Assembly (NCBI RefSeq): GCF_009914755.1
Contig: NC_060928.1
DNA: 64,000 nt
From: the human T2T-CHM13v2.0 reference genome, Homo sapiens
Strand: one strand, 5' to 3'
Position numbers and translations under genes: made by a program. The notes under the pieces were generated by a model, which was not told the origin of the DNA, ran no database searches, and was given only the letters and a program-made list of their open reading frames with translations. Numbering within the stretch: position 1 is the stretch's first letter; every line of letters starts with the position of its first letter. Shown in pieces: positions 1 through 13,259 of this stretch.

Positions 1-3000
1 TAAATTTGATGAAATGGCAGCCGTGTGTTAAAGTGTATCGTTCAGAAGAGCAAAGTTGAACACTTCCTTCAACATTAGGGCATGGCGTGCTGTGTGTGTC
101 AGTGATTGCCTCTGTGGACTCATGACTTTCCATCGCCATGGCTTTCTCTTACGCCGCTGTTTGGCTTTCAGATGTAATCCTGTCTTCTCCTCTCTTCCCC
201 ACGAAAGCGCACTCGATTTTGTTAGGAATGAACGGAAGTTTAAAAATTCTTGTGCCCACCCCCGCCCTCCACCCATTCCTGTTAAAAGTTCTCTGGCGAA
301 GAGCCAATGGGTGAACGTAATTGAAAGAGCTATTTACTCTTTTGGAAATCTGATTTGAAGTCTAAGTTTTCAGTAACAGAAGACACACAAGCAATGTGGA
401 CTGCCAAGCTTGAAGCACTTCGGGCTCTGCCTTCACTCGCATGCTACCATGTCGAGCCCAAACTCCACTTTAATTAAAAGAGCTGTGCTGTGAATTCCAC
501 AACTTCTGTTAAATAATTTGTATTCCATTATATATATTTTGCACATCTCAGGGGACCATAATGAACATATGAAAGGGGGGGGGGTGCCATCAAATAGAGA
601 AAACAAATAGAAGAGGTGAATGGAGACTAGCTGGATAAAAATAACAAATTACTTCTTCTCTGATGTTGTGAAGGTCAGGTTCAGGAAGCATCAATTCACA
701 GTTAATCCGGAGTAACAATGATCTGAACACCAGCTGTTCCCAGGTCCCTCTTTTTCATAGCCCAACCAGCATCTAAAATGTAAATTTAAATTACATTGCA
801 GTCACCATGGGGAGAAGAAACCTGTTCAGTGGAAGCAGAAGCATTGTTCCTTTTTTAGGTTGGCGCAGCTTTGCAAAACTCTACCCAGGATAAACCACTT
901 ATCACCACCAAGTGTACTTGAAAATAAAGTTTTTAACTTAAATTACAAGCATATTGCTTATAATACAATAGTGATCATTTTTTGAAAGTCTTGCCATTTA
1001 TAACATGGGCAGTATTTGGAGCTTCATTTAAAAACCAACAACAACCGATAATGACTTTGCACGATTCACTTTGGGATCTCAAAGTGCTTCCAAAGCATTC
1101 AGATTTACAAACAATTCACAAGACAGGTCATCTTTGTAATACCCATACTTACAACGAATTAACAAAAGGAGTGACTTAAGATTCTCCAGGAACACAGTGG
1201 CAGCTATTGATGATCTGTTTTCTATCTGTTTGATAGAGCATCATGAGAAATCACAAAATACAATGCTATTTTTCTGATGTGTGCTAATAAAGTCAAAGAA
1301 AACAAATACATCTTGACACTTTTGTCCATTTTCATTAAAAAAAAAAAAAGTTCAGGGTGTTTGGAATTTTACACCTCAGCACACCTTACTGGTATCAATG
1401 GATAAAGCGGGTGATTGACAGATCCACCCAAATGCCACTGCAGTCAGAAGCAGATCTGGACACACCCTTGTTTACAGTTTCATATTGGGTTGCTATAGTT
1501 CCCGTGCTAAATCACCAGCTTTCAGGAACATGACTGCTCCTGGCAGTGGAAGGTGCTGAAACAGAAATTTTAATTAAAAACTTTATCAAGTACTCTTCAC
1601 AGTGCTGCTTGGCACCATAGAAAATCAGTACAATATATCGAGCCCTACTTTGGAGGAGCTGGATTTCTGAGGGAGCTGATCCAGTTCTAAGTGTCTTCTC
1701 GAATTAGGAGATAGATGATCTTTGATGGGGATCTCCTCCGTCACCACAGGCCAGTCACAGAACCAACTAGCCACGTGCTGCCAGACCTCAGTGGGCCCAA
1801 GCAGGAGCAATCTCTTCTATCCCCCATCTCCCCCAGGACCATCCCCCCCATTGTCAATGTCATCCAGGGCTCTTCTGGTAGTGAGTGACTTTTCTGCACA
1901 TGTTTAGGGCTTGGGGGAGCTAGAACACAGGAAACATGAATGCAAAAGGCATGGAAAACACTGTTTTGCTTTGGGTTAGTAAAATGTGGGCAGGACAAAG
2001 ATTACTATTGGTCGGAGCTTTGCCAAGTGAGATAGAATCAACTGTCACCCCATTCCTTTCCCAGAAGGTCTTATGGTATTAAGGATACATCCAGTATTTT
2101 CCCACAGATTTTTATTCAGGCGATGTTTCATAAATTACATATATGAAAACATTCATTATTACATTTCCTTGTGTGTTTCAAACAGACATTGGCACCTTCC
2201 TATTGAGTTAATTCTCTGCATCTTTTGCAGCAGCAGCCCGCAAGGAGATTCCCAGAGATGGCTCCCCTAACACACAGTCCTGTGATTTTACAGTTCTATG
2301 ACTTACAGTTGATGATTCACAAGATTCAGGATTCTACAAGACTCAAGGGGGAACTAAACTTTCTTACGATTGTACATGATCAGTTATAGGGCTGTAATCA
2401 TTAATTGTTGGCTTCAAATGTGGACACACACACACACACATCATGCCAAGGAGGGAATGGGGTGTTTCAAGTCAGGCAGCGATGATTCTGGAAGGTTGGA
2501 AATGTAAGGTTAGAAGCTTGGCTGGTCTTAGTAAACTTGTTCCCTTGCTCCCACCAAGAAGAGGTACCAAATGTGAGACCTGAGATCTCCTCCAATATCT
2601 GTCCTCTGCAGTTCCGGGAAACTAATCATGAAGTACACATGCAGCAGCTCCTCCACTTCCTTTCCTCCGAGGTCCTCCTTTCCATTCTCCCACCTAGATA
2701 CTGACACACCGCCACGGTTTCCACATTGGAAGGGCAGAACACTGTGCAGTATCGTGCACACTTGCTGGGTTAGGAATAGAGCTGCCCTAGGGTCACCTTC
2801 ATGCAAGTATTGACAGCTACAAATTAAAGTCCTTAGAGCAGTTGACACAGATACTACGTTCTAGAAGAGAATTAAATTTAAACGTCAAGTTTAAAGGGAT
2901 CATAATTCTGCAGGTATCTTTCTCTGAGTGACTGAATGTGACTATTGCATTAGGGTAAATGAATTAAGACGTGCAAGTGGGATTTACTGTATGTTAGAAA

Positions 3001-3425
3001 GGAGTTTTGCAGCCAAGACTGCCTTGAATAAAATGTGTTTGCACTGAAAAAAAATTTTAAATTACTTGGTCTCTGGTTGCTGTAAAGGTCATCCAAGATG
3101 GATGTTCTGTTTATATTGTATAGTATTTCATATGAAATAATTACAGTTCATGAAATGTCTTCCCTAATGTTACTGATTTATAACAGCACATTTGTAACAT
3201 GGTTTTTATCGTGTCAGTGTACCATACTGTAAATGATGATTACTTGTCATGCTTAGTATAATAACTTAAAAGAAAAAAAAGGACAGGGATTTTTGTAAGT
3301 CTATATTTGAAAGTCCCTCCCTATGGTGATACTGTGTTCATGTTGTTTATGTAGTGTTGTGTGAAATATCCATTTTGGATTGTGTTACTTTTTAAGATAT
3401 TAAATAACATTTGGTTATATGTCTT
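1..3425 (+). other. Probable distal 3' UTR (terminal exon) of an unidentified upstream gene
   Basis: 3.4 kb with no recognisable interspersed repeat and no credible ORF. AU/UG-rich; ends in ATTAAA followed by a GU/U-rich tract, after which transposon relics begin. Confidence 0.7.
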
Positions 3426-3447
3426 AAGTGGATTTTTTTTGGTACTT
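3399..3447 (+). terminator. Distal polyadenylation signal ATTAAA with downstream GU/U-rich element
   Basis: ATTAAA at 3399-3404, upstream TGTA motifs, downstream gtcttaagtggattttttttggt. Additional AATAAA at 923, 1286 and 3027. Confidence 0.6.
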
Positions 3448-4009
3448 GAGAGAAAATATTTTAGGTGAGGTTAATTGACTTCTCTCTTCAATTAATAGGA
3501 TTTTATAACATTGTGATTACTCAATATTATTAGAGCTTCTGAGTTAAAACAACTAAAAATGAAAATTTTCTGATCAAAATTCTTTTTCCATGAAAGTTGG
3601 GGGGAAAAAATCACATTTTTAGGTAACTGAATTTAAAACAGAGTGAGAGAGATGCCTATAACTACATTTTCTATATGAAATTATAAAGTGATGTGATTAG
3701 GTCTGGGGTTTCTTTTTCATTAGCACTCATGTCTCAGCTTTTGTTCCCAAGTGGATGGGATCCTCTCCCCAGTAAACACGAGGAGGCTGCTCACAGGTTC
3801 CAGTGAGTCACTTGCACAGGTTCGGAATCCTCCATGTTTATTCTCCTTCAGCTGTCATTCATTCTTCTGAGTCTCTCACTGTGGCAAATCTTTGCCCGTA
3901 GAAAATGGGCTTTTTCAAACCAAAGGGATTTGCTGCCCCGTTAATGATGGAGCTAGGAAATGGTATTCTCAGTCAAAAACAATGAGCCATAAAGTCGAGT
4001 CTGATTTTC

Positions 4010-4135
4010 TTATAAAGGCAATATCCAAAGTAGACTTCCAAAAATTGTTGTGAACAATGACAGTGTCTACGGATAAGTGTCTGGAGACCCCAAGGTAACT
4101 GCTTTGAAGAACAAGTTGTATTTTGTTGCGTAAGT
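4010..4135 (+). mobile_element. Ancient Mariner relic (MARNA-like) fragment
   Basis: ttccaaaaattgttgtgaacaatgacagtg...ataagtgt...cccaaggtaactgctttgaag resembles the MARNA 3' region as recalled. Confidence 0.5.
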
Positions 4136-5210
4136 TTGTCTATATATTTTAAACTGTCTCGATACAGACGTTTCCTTTTTCAGGCATGAAGTTAGGAAGA
4201 GCAGGAATACTGGGAGTATATTGTGAGTTTTACTCTAGGACCAAAAGCAGCTGTGGTCAAGGAAAGGTAATTGTGTGTTCCTTTCAGAACGATCTAGTGA
4301 ACTGAGGAAACGTGGGGACTTAAGGAGAAGGGGGAAGGCAGGATTCTGATTCCTTGGAGAGAATGGTCACAGTTCATAAACACGTTGTCTTTCCAAAGGA
4401 AACGGTATGGTTTTAACTTACTTTTAGCATTTAGAGTGGTGGCTTTTCTCTCCTTCCTTAGAGAAAATTCAAGCAGAGTACTCAGTACTTGCCTCCTTCC
4501 CTGGTGGTGGCCATGAAATCGAGAACCACTGAGTAATCAGAAGAAGTTATTCACCTGACCTTAATAATTCATTTAACTGTAAAATCTTATCCCTACTGTG
4601 AGAGTTCTTGGATTTAGGGACACCCCCCTGCCCATCTTCACGCTCAGTGGCTCCAGACCTTTCCTGTCAAGCAAATGGTTAATCATGTGTGTGATTAATA
4701 TATTTGCACAGTACATTGCTCCATACAGGAATTTCAAGAAAAACCGAGGCACCTGTGCTCAAGAGAGGCCGAATAGGTTGCTTAACTGCAGCTCCCAAAT
4801 TCCATCAAATAAATTCCTCCCAGGTCACTTTCCTTTGCGTTTCCCTTGTTCCTCACCCTTTATTGTAAAGTTCCATGCATTATTTTTATTTTCTATTACC
4901 TTGAGTTTATTTTACTTTACTACTCTTCACTTTGCATAATAGCAGTGCTTTTCATTTGTTCGTTGTTATGCTGTTAATATTTGGACTCACTCTTGCTCTC
5001 CATTATTGATAACCACAATTGATTACTAGTATTTTAAATTTTACATTTATATTGTCTTTCCCTCCTTGTGTGCACAGACCACTGTCATCCCTCAATCTCA
5101 TTTCCACTCTCACCTTTACACTAAGAGCCTTTGGTTCTCTGACACTTCTGTAGATGTCTGCCACCAGCTGAGTCATCAGTGGCCTGATAAATGGTAACTT
5201 GAAGATATGC

Positions 5211-5260
5211 ATGGATTGATGGATGGATGGATGGATGGGTGGATGGATGGATAGATGGAT
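5211..5260. repeat. (TGGA)n microsatellite
   Basis: Imperfect atgg run, seen directly. Confidence 0.9.
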
Positions 5261-5498
5261 ATTGCATTAGATCAAAGGTGCCTGTATTCTTATCGTCTGA
5301 AAATGACAATGAAACAAAAGGAGATATCATGCAAAAGGATATTTTTTGATGTCCGTGTGACTCCCTTTTAAGAACTTATCTTGGGAAATTATTTTGTAAC
5401 CTTCTTCTATCTATGCTTCAAGCCATTGCCTGCCATTCTTTACTATACAATATATGATTTATTGTGGGAAAAGTTTTTTTCCCCTGAAAGACACCTCC

Positions 5499-5775
5499 TT
5501 TTTTTTTTCTTTTGAGACGGAGTCTCGTTCTGTTGCCCAGGCTGAAGTGCAATGGCACAGTCTTGGCTCACTGCAACTTCTGCCTTCCGGGTTCAAAAGC
5601 TTTCATTGAGAGCTGGGATTAGAGGCACCTGCCACCATGCCCAGCTAATTGTTTTTAGTAGGGCTGGAGTTTCACCATGTTGGCCAGGCTGGTCTCGAAC
5701 TCCTGACCTCAGGTGATCCACCTGCCTTGGCCTCCAAAATGCTGGGATTACAGACGTGAGCCACTGCACCCGGCC
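5499..5775 (-). mobile_element. AluS with internal deletion/filler
   Basis: Antisense Alu; TSD acacctccttt at 5491 and 5778; consensus segment replaced by aagctttcattgag at ~5597. Confidence 0.95.
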
Positions 5776-6329
5776 AAACACCTCCTTTAAAGTTAGTAAC
5801 AGCTCAGTGGTTTAGTGATCAGCAGGCCCATCGACACAGTGCAGCTTCACATTGTTTGCCACTGTTGATAAAACAAGCGAGACAGATAACTAACAAAGCT
5901 CAAGTGGATTGGAGAAGACAGCTTTTGCCCCTCTTTTTTCCTTCATGTGTTATTTGAAGGCAGTTCATGAGAGGACATCTGTGTTGAATGTCAAAGGATC
6001 AATACTCAGTCTGGGAAAATGTTAAGATTGTCTGGAATACAGCAGTGAGCTTGGAAACAGAAATGGTCATTTCTACATTTCTCTCCCTTCCATGTCTCAT
6101 CTCTTAATTTGAAGGGGACTTAATTAAGTGGATTGGGGCTCCATATGGCCCCTAAGAAGTCAGACAAATGAGCATAATAGAAGGTATCTTTTACAATTGA
6201 CTCTTGCTCTAGCCAACTGGTGGAAGGGCCAGCACTTTAGAAAGACTTGCCTCGGGACTTCAGCAGTTAGCATTTTTGTAGAGAGTTTTTGAGAGTAAAG
6301 CACTTCCACTGCATCTTAAAAATAAACCT

Positions 6330-7680
6330 TTGATAACATTTTTAGATTTCTGGAATTATTACAAAGATAGTACAGAGAGTTCTTGGATACCCTATATCCA
6401 ATTTCCCTTGTTATTATCATTTCACATTAATACAGTTCCTTAGTTACAATTAATGAACCAATATTATTACATTATTGTTAAGTAAAGTTCACCTTTTATT
6501 CAAATTTTCTGTTTGTCCCCACTGTCATTTTTTGTTGCTCTTGTCCCAGGAGCCCAACCAGGATACCATACTATAATCAGTTGTCCTGCCTCCTTGGTCT
6601 GTGACAATTTCTTAAACTCTGTTTATATTTGATGTCCTTGACAGTTTTGAGGAGTATGTGTCTGGTATTTTGTACAATGTCCCCAGTTTGAGTATGACTT
6701 ATACTTTTGTCATGAGTAGGCCAGAGTTATGTGTTTTGGAGAGGAGGACCACAAAGATAAAGCTCCATTCTCATCATATCAAGAGTCCATCCTATTCATT
6801 ATGACCTATTACCACTATTGATGTTAACCTTGATCATCTGGCTGGAGGTAGTGGTTGTCAGGTTTCTTCACCGTGAAGTTACTCTTTTTTCCTCTCTTTC
6901 CATACTGTTCCCTTTGGAAGAAAGTCACCATGTGCAGCTTAAGGAGTGGAGAGTTAAGCTCTGCTTCCTTAAGGGCAGAGTATCTAAATAAATAAGTTGT
7001 AATTCTTCTGTACAGAAGATTTGTCTCTTCTGTGCCACTTATTTATTTATTCAATCATTCTTAGCAGTATAGATTCAGATATTTATGTTATACTTTGGGT
7101 GAGAGTCTATTACCACTTTATTTTATTGCTCAAACTTTTCCAGATTTTGCACTGAGAGCTCCTTAAGTTGGCTCTTGTACCTCTTTGATGTACCCCAGCA
7201 CTGTGGTTTGTTCACATGTTTTTGAGCACCTTCTTAACTCTCTGGCACTATAAGAAGCTGTAGGCTCATTTTGTATATTTCCTGTCCCAGTCTTGGAATG
7301 AGTCGTTTCTCTAAAGAACGCTCGTGTCTTTTATTGGAGAATGGTATTAGAAACCACCATCTGGGTGCTGGCTTTGTGCATTACTACTGGGGAGACATTA
7401 CTTCTAGGTCTTCTCAGCTGACAGAGCAAGGAGGTATATGTGTGTATGCTAACCTGTCCACATACACGTATCAATAGATATTGCTAAATGTAACCACCTG
7501 TACTTCTATTAAGCTAAGTGTCATGCTGATGTCTCCAACTCTAATGCATTATGACATGGATCATTCTAGCCTCTTTTCTTGCTCATCTGTAACTTCCCAC
7601 TCCCACAGTGAGAAACCCGGCTCTCATCACCTGCCATCCCTTTACTGGACTGCTCAATTGCAGTATACACGATAGTAGGT
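6330..7680 (-). mobile_element. Old L1M (L1MB/MC-type) 3' end
   Basis: ttttagattt...caaagatagtacagagagttc motif followed by typical L1M 3' sequence. Confidence 0.75.
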
Positions 7681-9765
7681 CATCCATTGCATTTTCTAAA
7701 ACTGATTTGATAAATATGGAAATAGGGAAACAAATGAAAGTGTTTCTCAACTTATTCTAGTATGCGGCTTACTTCCTGTGACAGTGCAGTGAAGATTATA
7801 AACTTGTTAGTGAGCTTATTTGGTCCTAGAAGGATTGTTCTGAAGAATGTGAGGTTCAGAGGGAGGAGGGGCACTATTAATTTTATTTAAGATGTGTACT
7901 TCCTTATGCTGCACTGTTAGAACTTGGAAAGAAGCGACGTTGACTTAGCAGTACAGACTAAATGTCTGGTGAACCGCTACTTCCTTCTCCCCACTTCTAA
8001 TCTCTGAATATTGACCTAAATTTTTACCATATTTCAAGGTCCAGATCAAATGCTGTCTCTTTCACAAGGCCTTCTCTGAGTGCCCTTCTCCACTTCCATG
8101 CCCTGAGAAGATGGCTTCTTTTCCTCTCTTATAGTACAGCATTCATCATTTCCAATCCTGTGTTCTCATGTTTTGCCTTAAAGACAGACCCTGCCCAAGA
8201 CCATCCCCTCAGCTAGACAGTTTATACCACTTTAATATTATTCCCTTGATTTCCTGGCTGGGGGAGCCTCTGCTTGTCATTGTTTCTAGGTGGCCCTTAT
8301 GAGCTTTGAAATCTTCAGCAAGAAATGGGCTGGGTGTGGTGGCTTCAAGCAGGGTTTGAAAAACGCTGCGTGCTGTGGTCAGGGCTCCTTCTCACTAAGA
8401 AACCTCTCAGGAATGTGCTCCCAGCTACTGCATCCTTTTTGCTTCCATGCGTCTACCTTATCACCAAAAAACCTCAACACAAACCGAAACCAAAGAACAC
8501 CGGGAACAGGAACTGAGCTTTGGCTTTTGAGATGTCGAGAAGTTGTTATAAGATGAGAAGCTGAGCGGGAGGCTTCCAGCCCTTCCTGTTGCAAGCACCT
8601 GTGCTGCAGAAGCCTGGCCCTTTGCTCTTGGGTTGTGACGGAGCCGCTGTGTTTCTCCACAGCACCCTTCAGTCTGTGTGTGCAGCACCAAGTCGGGGGG
8701 AAGTTAGAAGAGGTGGGAAGAGCCACCGAGCAGGCAGCTCAGGAGAAGCCAAACCTTGCACAGTGGAACGGAACGGGCAGTCCATTTGTGGGGAAAACAC
8801 GAGACGGAGGTCCAGTGCTCTGTGGCGCGGCAGGCAAGGGGGAGGCTCTTCCCCAAAGTGGTTGGAGTGTGTATGGCCACGGTCACAGTGTGTTTCCTTT
8901 TAACCGTATCTTAAATCTGAAGGCAGCTGACGATTGTTTATGCAAACTTTCCATAAAAGTGTAACAAAAAATTTATTTTCTCCGTCCTGATTTAAGTTTT
9001 CTCCCCACTCCATCCCCCATCTCAGCCACATGGTTTCCTTGGGGCTGCTTGTCATTTTTTTCCCCCACCTCCTGCTCCTTCTCTTTGCATCTGTGGGATT
9101 TTGCTTGCAGCTAATTTTTCATTTTAATGTTCTCATTTCTCTCCCCCTGTCCCGCACACTTTGAGAACAAGTCCATGAATTTGATTTCTTGATAACTTTT
9201 TCATATCTTCCCAGAGCAGTTTCCCCAACTGTTACTAACTCATTTTGTAGTCATAATGTGGCTGTTTGTAAAGCCTCACTAGGGAGGTCTACTATAATAT
9301 ATACCAACACACTGCTTGCTCTTACTTCCAAATATTCAAGCTGGTTTTAAAAAAAAAAAAAGCCGGAATCTCTGCTCGTCTTTTTCTGGTTGTCTGATGT
9401 AATACCAGAAATCTCCTAAGCCTCTGGTTTACCTGAGGTGTTTGGAGTTGGTGTATTTGAGGGGAATTGCTAAAATGAAGTTGTTTCTTGTGGCACCAAG
9501 GTTCAGACAACTAGGGTTGGGTTGCAGCCCAAGGTGAACTGAATGACTATAAAGTCAAGTTCCCACTGGGAGATGTAACCTTACAGGTAAATTGAACAGG
9601 GGCTTCCAAATCCACACTTCTTGAAAGCCTTGCCTCTATGAAAATACTCATCTTAATTTTAGTTGTCTGTATGTCCCAATTTTTCTACAGTAAGCACATA
9701 TTATTCTAAACTCAGAAAACTGTGTATGGACAACTAAAATGTTTAAGAATACAATAAACAGAAGG

Positions 9766-10069
9766 GGCTGGGGTGTGGTGGCTCGCGCCTGTAATCCCAG
9801 TATTTTGGGAGGCTGAGGTGGGCGGATCACTTGAGGTCAGGAGTTTGAGACCAACCTGTCCAACATGGTAAAACCCTGTCTCCACTAAAAATACAAAAAT
9901 TAGCCAGGCCTGGTGGCACATGCCTGTAATCCCAGCTACTTGGGAGGCTGAGGCAGGAGAATCACTTTAACCCGGGAGACGGAGGTTGCAGTGAACCAAG
10001 ATCGCGCTACTGCACTCCAGTCTGTGCAACAGAGCAAGAATCCGTCTTTTTTTTTTTTTTAAAAAAAAA
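9766..10069 (+). mobile_element. AluSx-like, full length
   Basis: Perfect 15-bp TSD acaataaacagaagg (9751, 10071); tail is T14A9. Confidence 0.95.
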
Positions 10070-10339
10070 GACAATAAACAGAAGGTCACAAGTTGTGACT
10101 CCCATGTCTCCCCTCTTTCGACACTCTTGAGCTCAGCTGTCTTCTGGTTGGCGAGTGCTTCCTTTCTCCGCAGCATCTTCTGGCCACTTCACTCTGACTG
10201 AGGCTGAATTTTGAAGCTTGCAGATTTCTCGTGAGTATAAAAAGCCTTATTAATTTTTTCGAGCTGTAAATCAATGTACCTCCTGCTAGCCAGAGCAAAA
10301 ATATTGTTCTGGTCTCAATAAAGTGCAATCCAGAATTTC

Positions 10340-10653
<314 letters not shown>

Positions 10654-10801
10654 CAGAATTTCATACTATGAAGTAGGATTAAGAGGGGAAAACTCTCAGG
10701 AGTAAAGATTAAGTGTCATTTCTTCCTTGGGGCACAGAGTAAAAACCATCATGTAGCAAAGACAAATGAATTATTTGTAGCCGGTGTAAGCTGGTGCTTG
10801 A

Positions 10802-10937
10802 TTTTTTTTTTTTTTTCAATAGAGATAAGGTCTTGCTCTGCTGCCCAGGCTGGGCTGGAACTCCTGGGCTGAAGCAATCCTCCTGACTTGACCTGTCAAG
10901 TAGCTGAGACTACAGGCATGTGCCACTGTGCCTGGCT
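10802..10937 (-). mobile_element. FLAM/AluJ monomer
   Basis: Poly-T followed by a single Alu arm. Confidence 0.8.
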
Positions 10938-12239
10938 TATTCTTCTTAGTCCTTACTTGAGTATTTAGACATTCTTCCCAAATGCTTTGTCACAACTAAC
11001 TCATTTCCCCTCAAAATCCAAGTGAGAATCTTCAGACACTTCCTATAGGCCCAGATATCTAGGGCTTGTCAATTAATGTTGTAATTAATTAATTTTTATC
11101 ATAATTTGTAAAAAAAATGCATCTAAATCACAGACTTAAAAAATGTCACCCCCAAAAGGTAGTTCATTTTGGGGAATGCTTTTTTAAAAATGTGGGGTCT
11201 CCTTGTTATAAACTAGGTTTTTGCAAAGGTATATGAAAAAGTGAGGTTTGAATTTGATAGTGCCTTGAATACTGCTCTTCCAGATTGAGAAATTAATAAT
11301 ACACTGTTTGAGGAAGGAACCCACATCAATAGAAAGAGGACATACAAGTGCACCTGCATGTATTCTGATGTTTGGATATGAATGTTGATATAGTGGATAG
11401 TTTACCCAGCAAGTATTCAGTGCTTTCCTCCTTGCTTCTGAGCATCCCTGAAGTTCTAGGGACACAAAGTAAAAGACATGATCGTTGCCTTCTAGGGGAT
11501 TCAGAAGGGAAGGTCACCCCCGCACATGGAAGAGCAGTGATGCGCCCATACTGCAACGTGCTCGGGATACTGCGGGAAAGGGTTCCAGAACCATTCCGCC
11601 TACTCACCAGCTCTAGGATTTGGCAGCCAACACCCTCCTCTGACCTCCGAGGCTCGGCGCTATTGACTAACCCTAATAGGGATGGATCCCACCTTCCCTG
11701 CCTCACAGTGACTTCTGTGAGGGTTAAACGAGAGCCATGAAAACCATGCATGTCAGGTAAGGTGCAAAACCACCATTGTGCGGTTGTGCAGGTTCGGGGG
11801 AGACAGAGCTCACTTTGCGATATTTTATTACTGGAGTCTAAGCTGGACCTCTAAAGCAGGGTGGGATATTGGTAAGGACAAAGGGGTTTGGAGAGTGTTC
11901 CGAGCATGGATGACAAGGGCTTAAACTCAGGAGCAACAAAGATAACAGTTGCAAGACAGAGGACATAGGATGGACCTTCCTCTCAAAGCAATGCGTAGCG
12001 TCATAAATGCTCTACGTGTATACGAGGGGGAAACGGGTGAACATCACAAATATCATTTTCCCAACACAGTTTTGCTATAGAACATGAAAGGTGAGCACTG
12101 GAATGTGACGTGGTAGAGGTTTGTCACATGTTATTGCCTCATGCCTTGTCTGCAAATGGAGCCACTACCCCCACCCCCAGCTTTCAATGACTAATTCCTA
12201 CTTCAATAGGAGCCCTCTGTCTTGGCTCATTCCCCTCCA

Positions 12240-12504
12240 GTCTTTTCTCTCTCTCTCTCTTTCCTTCTCTCTCTTTCCTTCCTTCCTTTCTCTCTCTCTT
12301 TCTCTCTCTCTCTCCTTCTCTCCTTCTCTCTTTCTTTCTTTCCCCACTCCCTCCCTCCCTCCCTCCCTTCTTCATTCTTTTTTCTTTCTTTCTTTTTATA
12401 GAGGTAGAGTCTCACTCTGTTGCCCAGGCAGGAATGCACCAGCATGATCACAGCTCACTGCAGCCTCAAACCCCTGGGCTGTGGCCATCCTCCCGCCTCA
12501 GCCT
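12240..12504 (-). mobile_element. CT-rich tract plus truncated AluJ right arm
   Basis: Polypyrimidine tract 12240-12397, then agagtctcactctgttgcccagg...cctcagcct. Confidence 0.85.
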
Positions 12505-13090
12505 TCTGGCCCCTTCAGTCATTTTAGCACTCTCGTGTTCTTTGCTTTCCCCCGTGGACATGTTGTGTGTCCCCAGCTGGATTTCAGAGTCCCCGAAGTC
12601 AGGAATGCCTCTCAGTCCTGTGACCTCACAGAGCCTGCAGTGGCTGGCTCTGGTGGGTATCGCTGGTCTGATGCTGACAAGCTGGCTTTCCCTCTTATGT
12701 TTACTTGGCCCTAACCCTGACAGCCACCCACTTGCAGTTCTTTTGGTGAGTTTCAAAGTATCCTTCACAAAGTAATGTGCCCGCACTTGGCTAGAGAAAA
12801 AGCCAAATGTATTTTAAGGCTTCTGCAATACCTGTAGTTTTGGGTCCAGCCACTCTACCACAGTCGTGAGTGTAAAGATGTCATGATCTTACTATGTTTT
12901 ATGTGTGTTTTGGCATGATTAAATAGCAGCATTAGAACATGAACCTCAAAAATCACACCTTTCTGATGTTTCTCTTACTTTTTTTGGCTCTCCCTTCTAA
13001 GGCCCTGTGCCCACCCCTTGAATGATCAATGTCCCTTAAGGATTTTTGGGCCCCTTTTCTTCTTGTTCCTGGGCCTCTACTTGAATTTTC

Positions 13091-13238
13091 TTTCTGTCTT
13101 TTTTTTTTTTTTCCTTTCTGTGAGGAACGGGGTCTCGCTATATTCCCCAGGCAGGTCTGGAACTCCTGGGCTCAAGCTATCCTCCCGCCTCAGCCTCCCT
13201 AAGAGCTGGGATTACAGGCGTAAGCCACCGCGCCCGGC
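13091..13238 (-). mobile_element. FLAM_C monomer
   Basis: Single Alu arm with TSD acttgaattttc (13079, 13239). Confidence 0.9.
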
Positions 13239-13259
13239 ACTTGAATTTTCCTGTAAAAG

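Noticed and set aside
1-3425. Naming the upstream gene or chromosome
   Set aside because: No coding sequence in the window and I could not confidently match the UTR from memory.
8270-8960. Possible lncRNA exon/enhancer (ttgtttctag acceptor, aaccgaaacc IRF-like motif, overlapping short ORFs)
   Set aside because: Motifs are short and expected by chance; no supporting exon structure.
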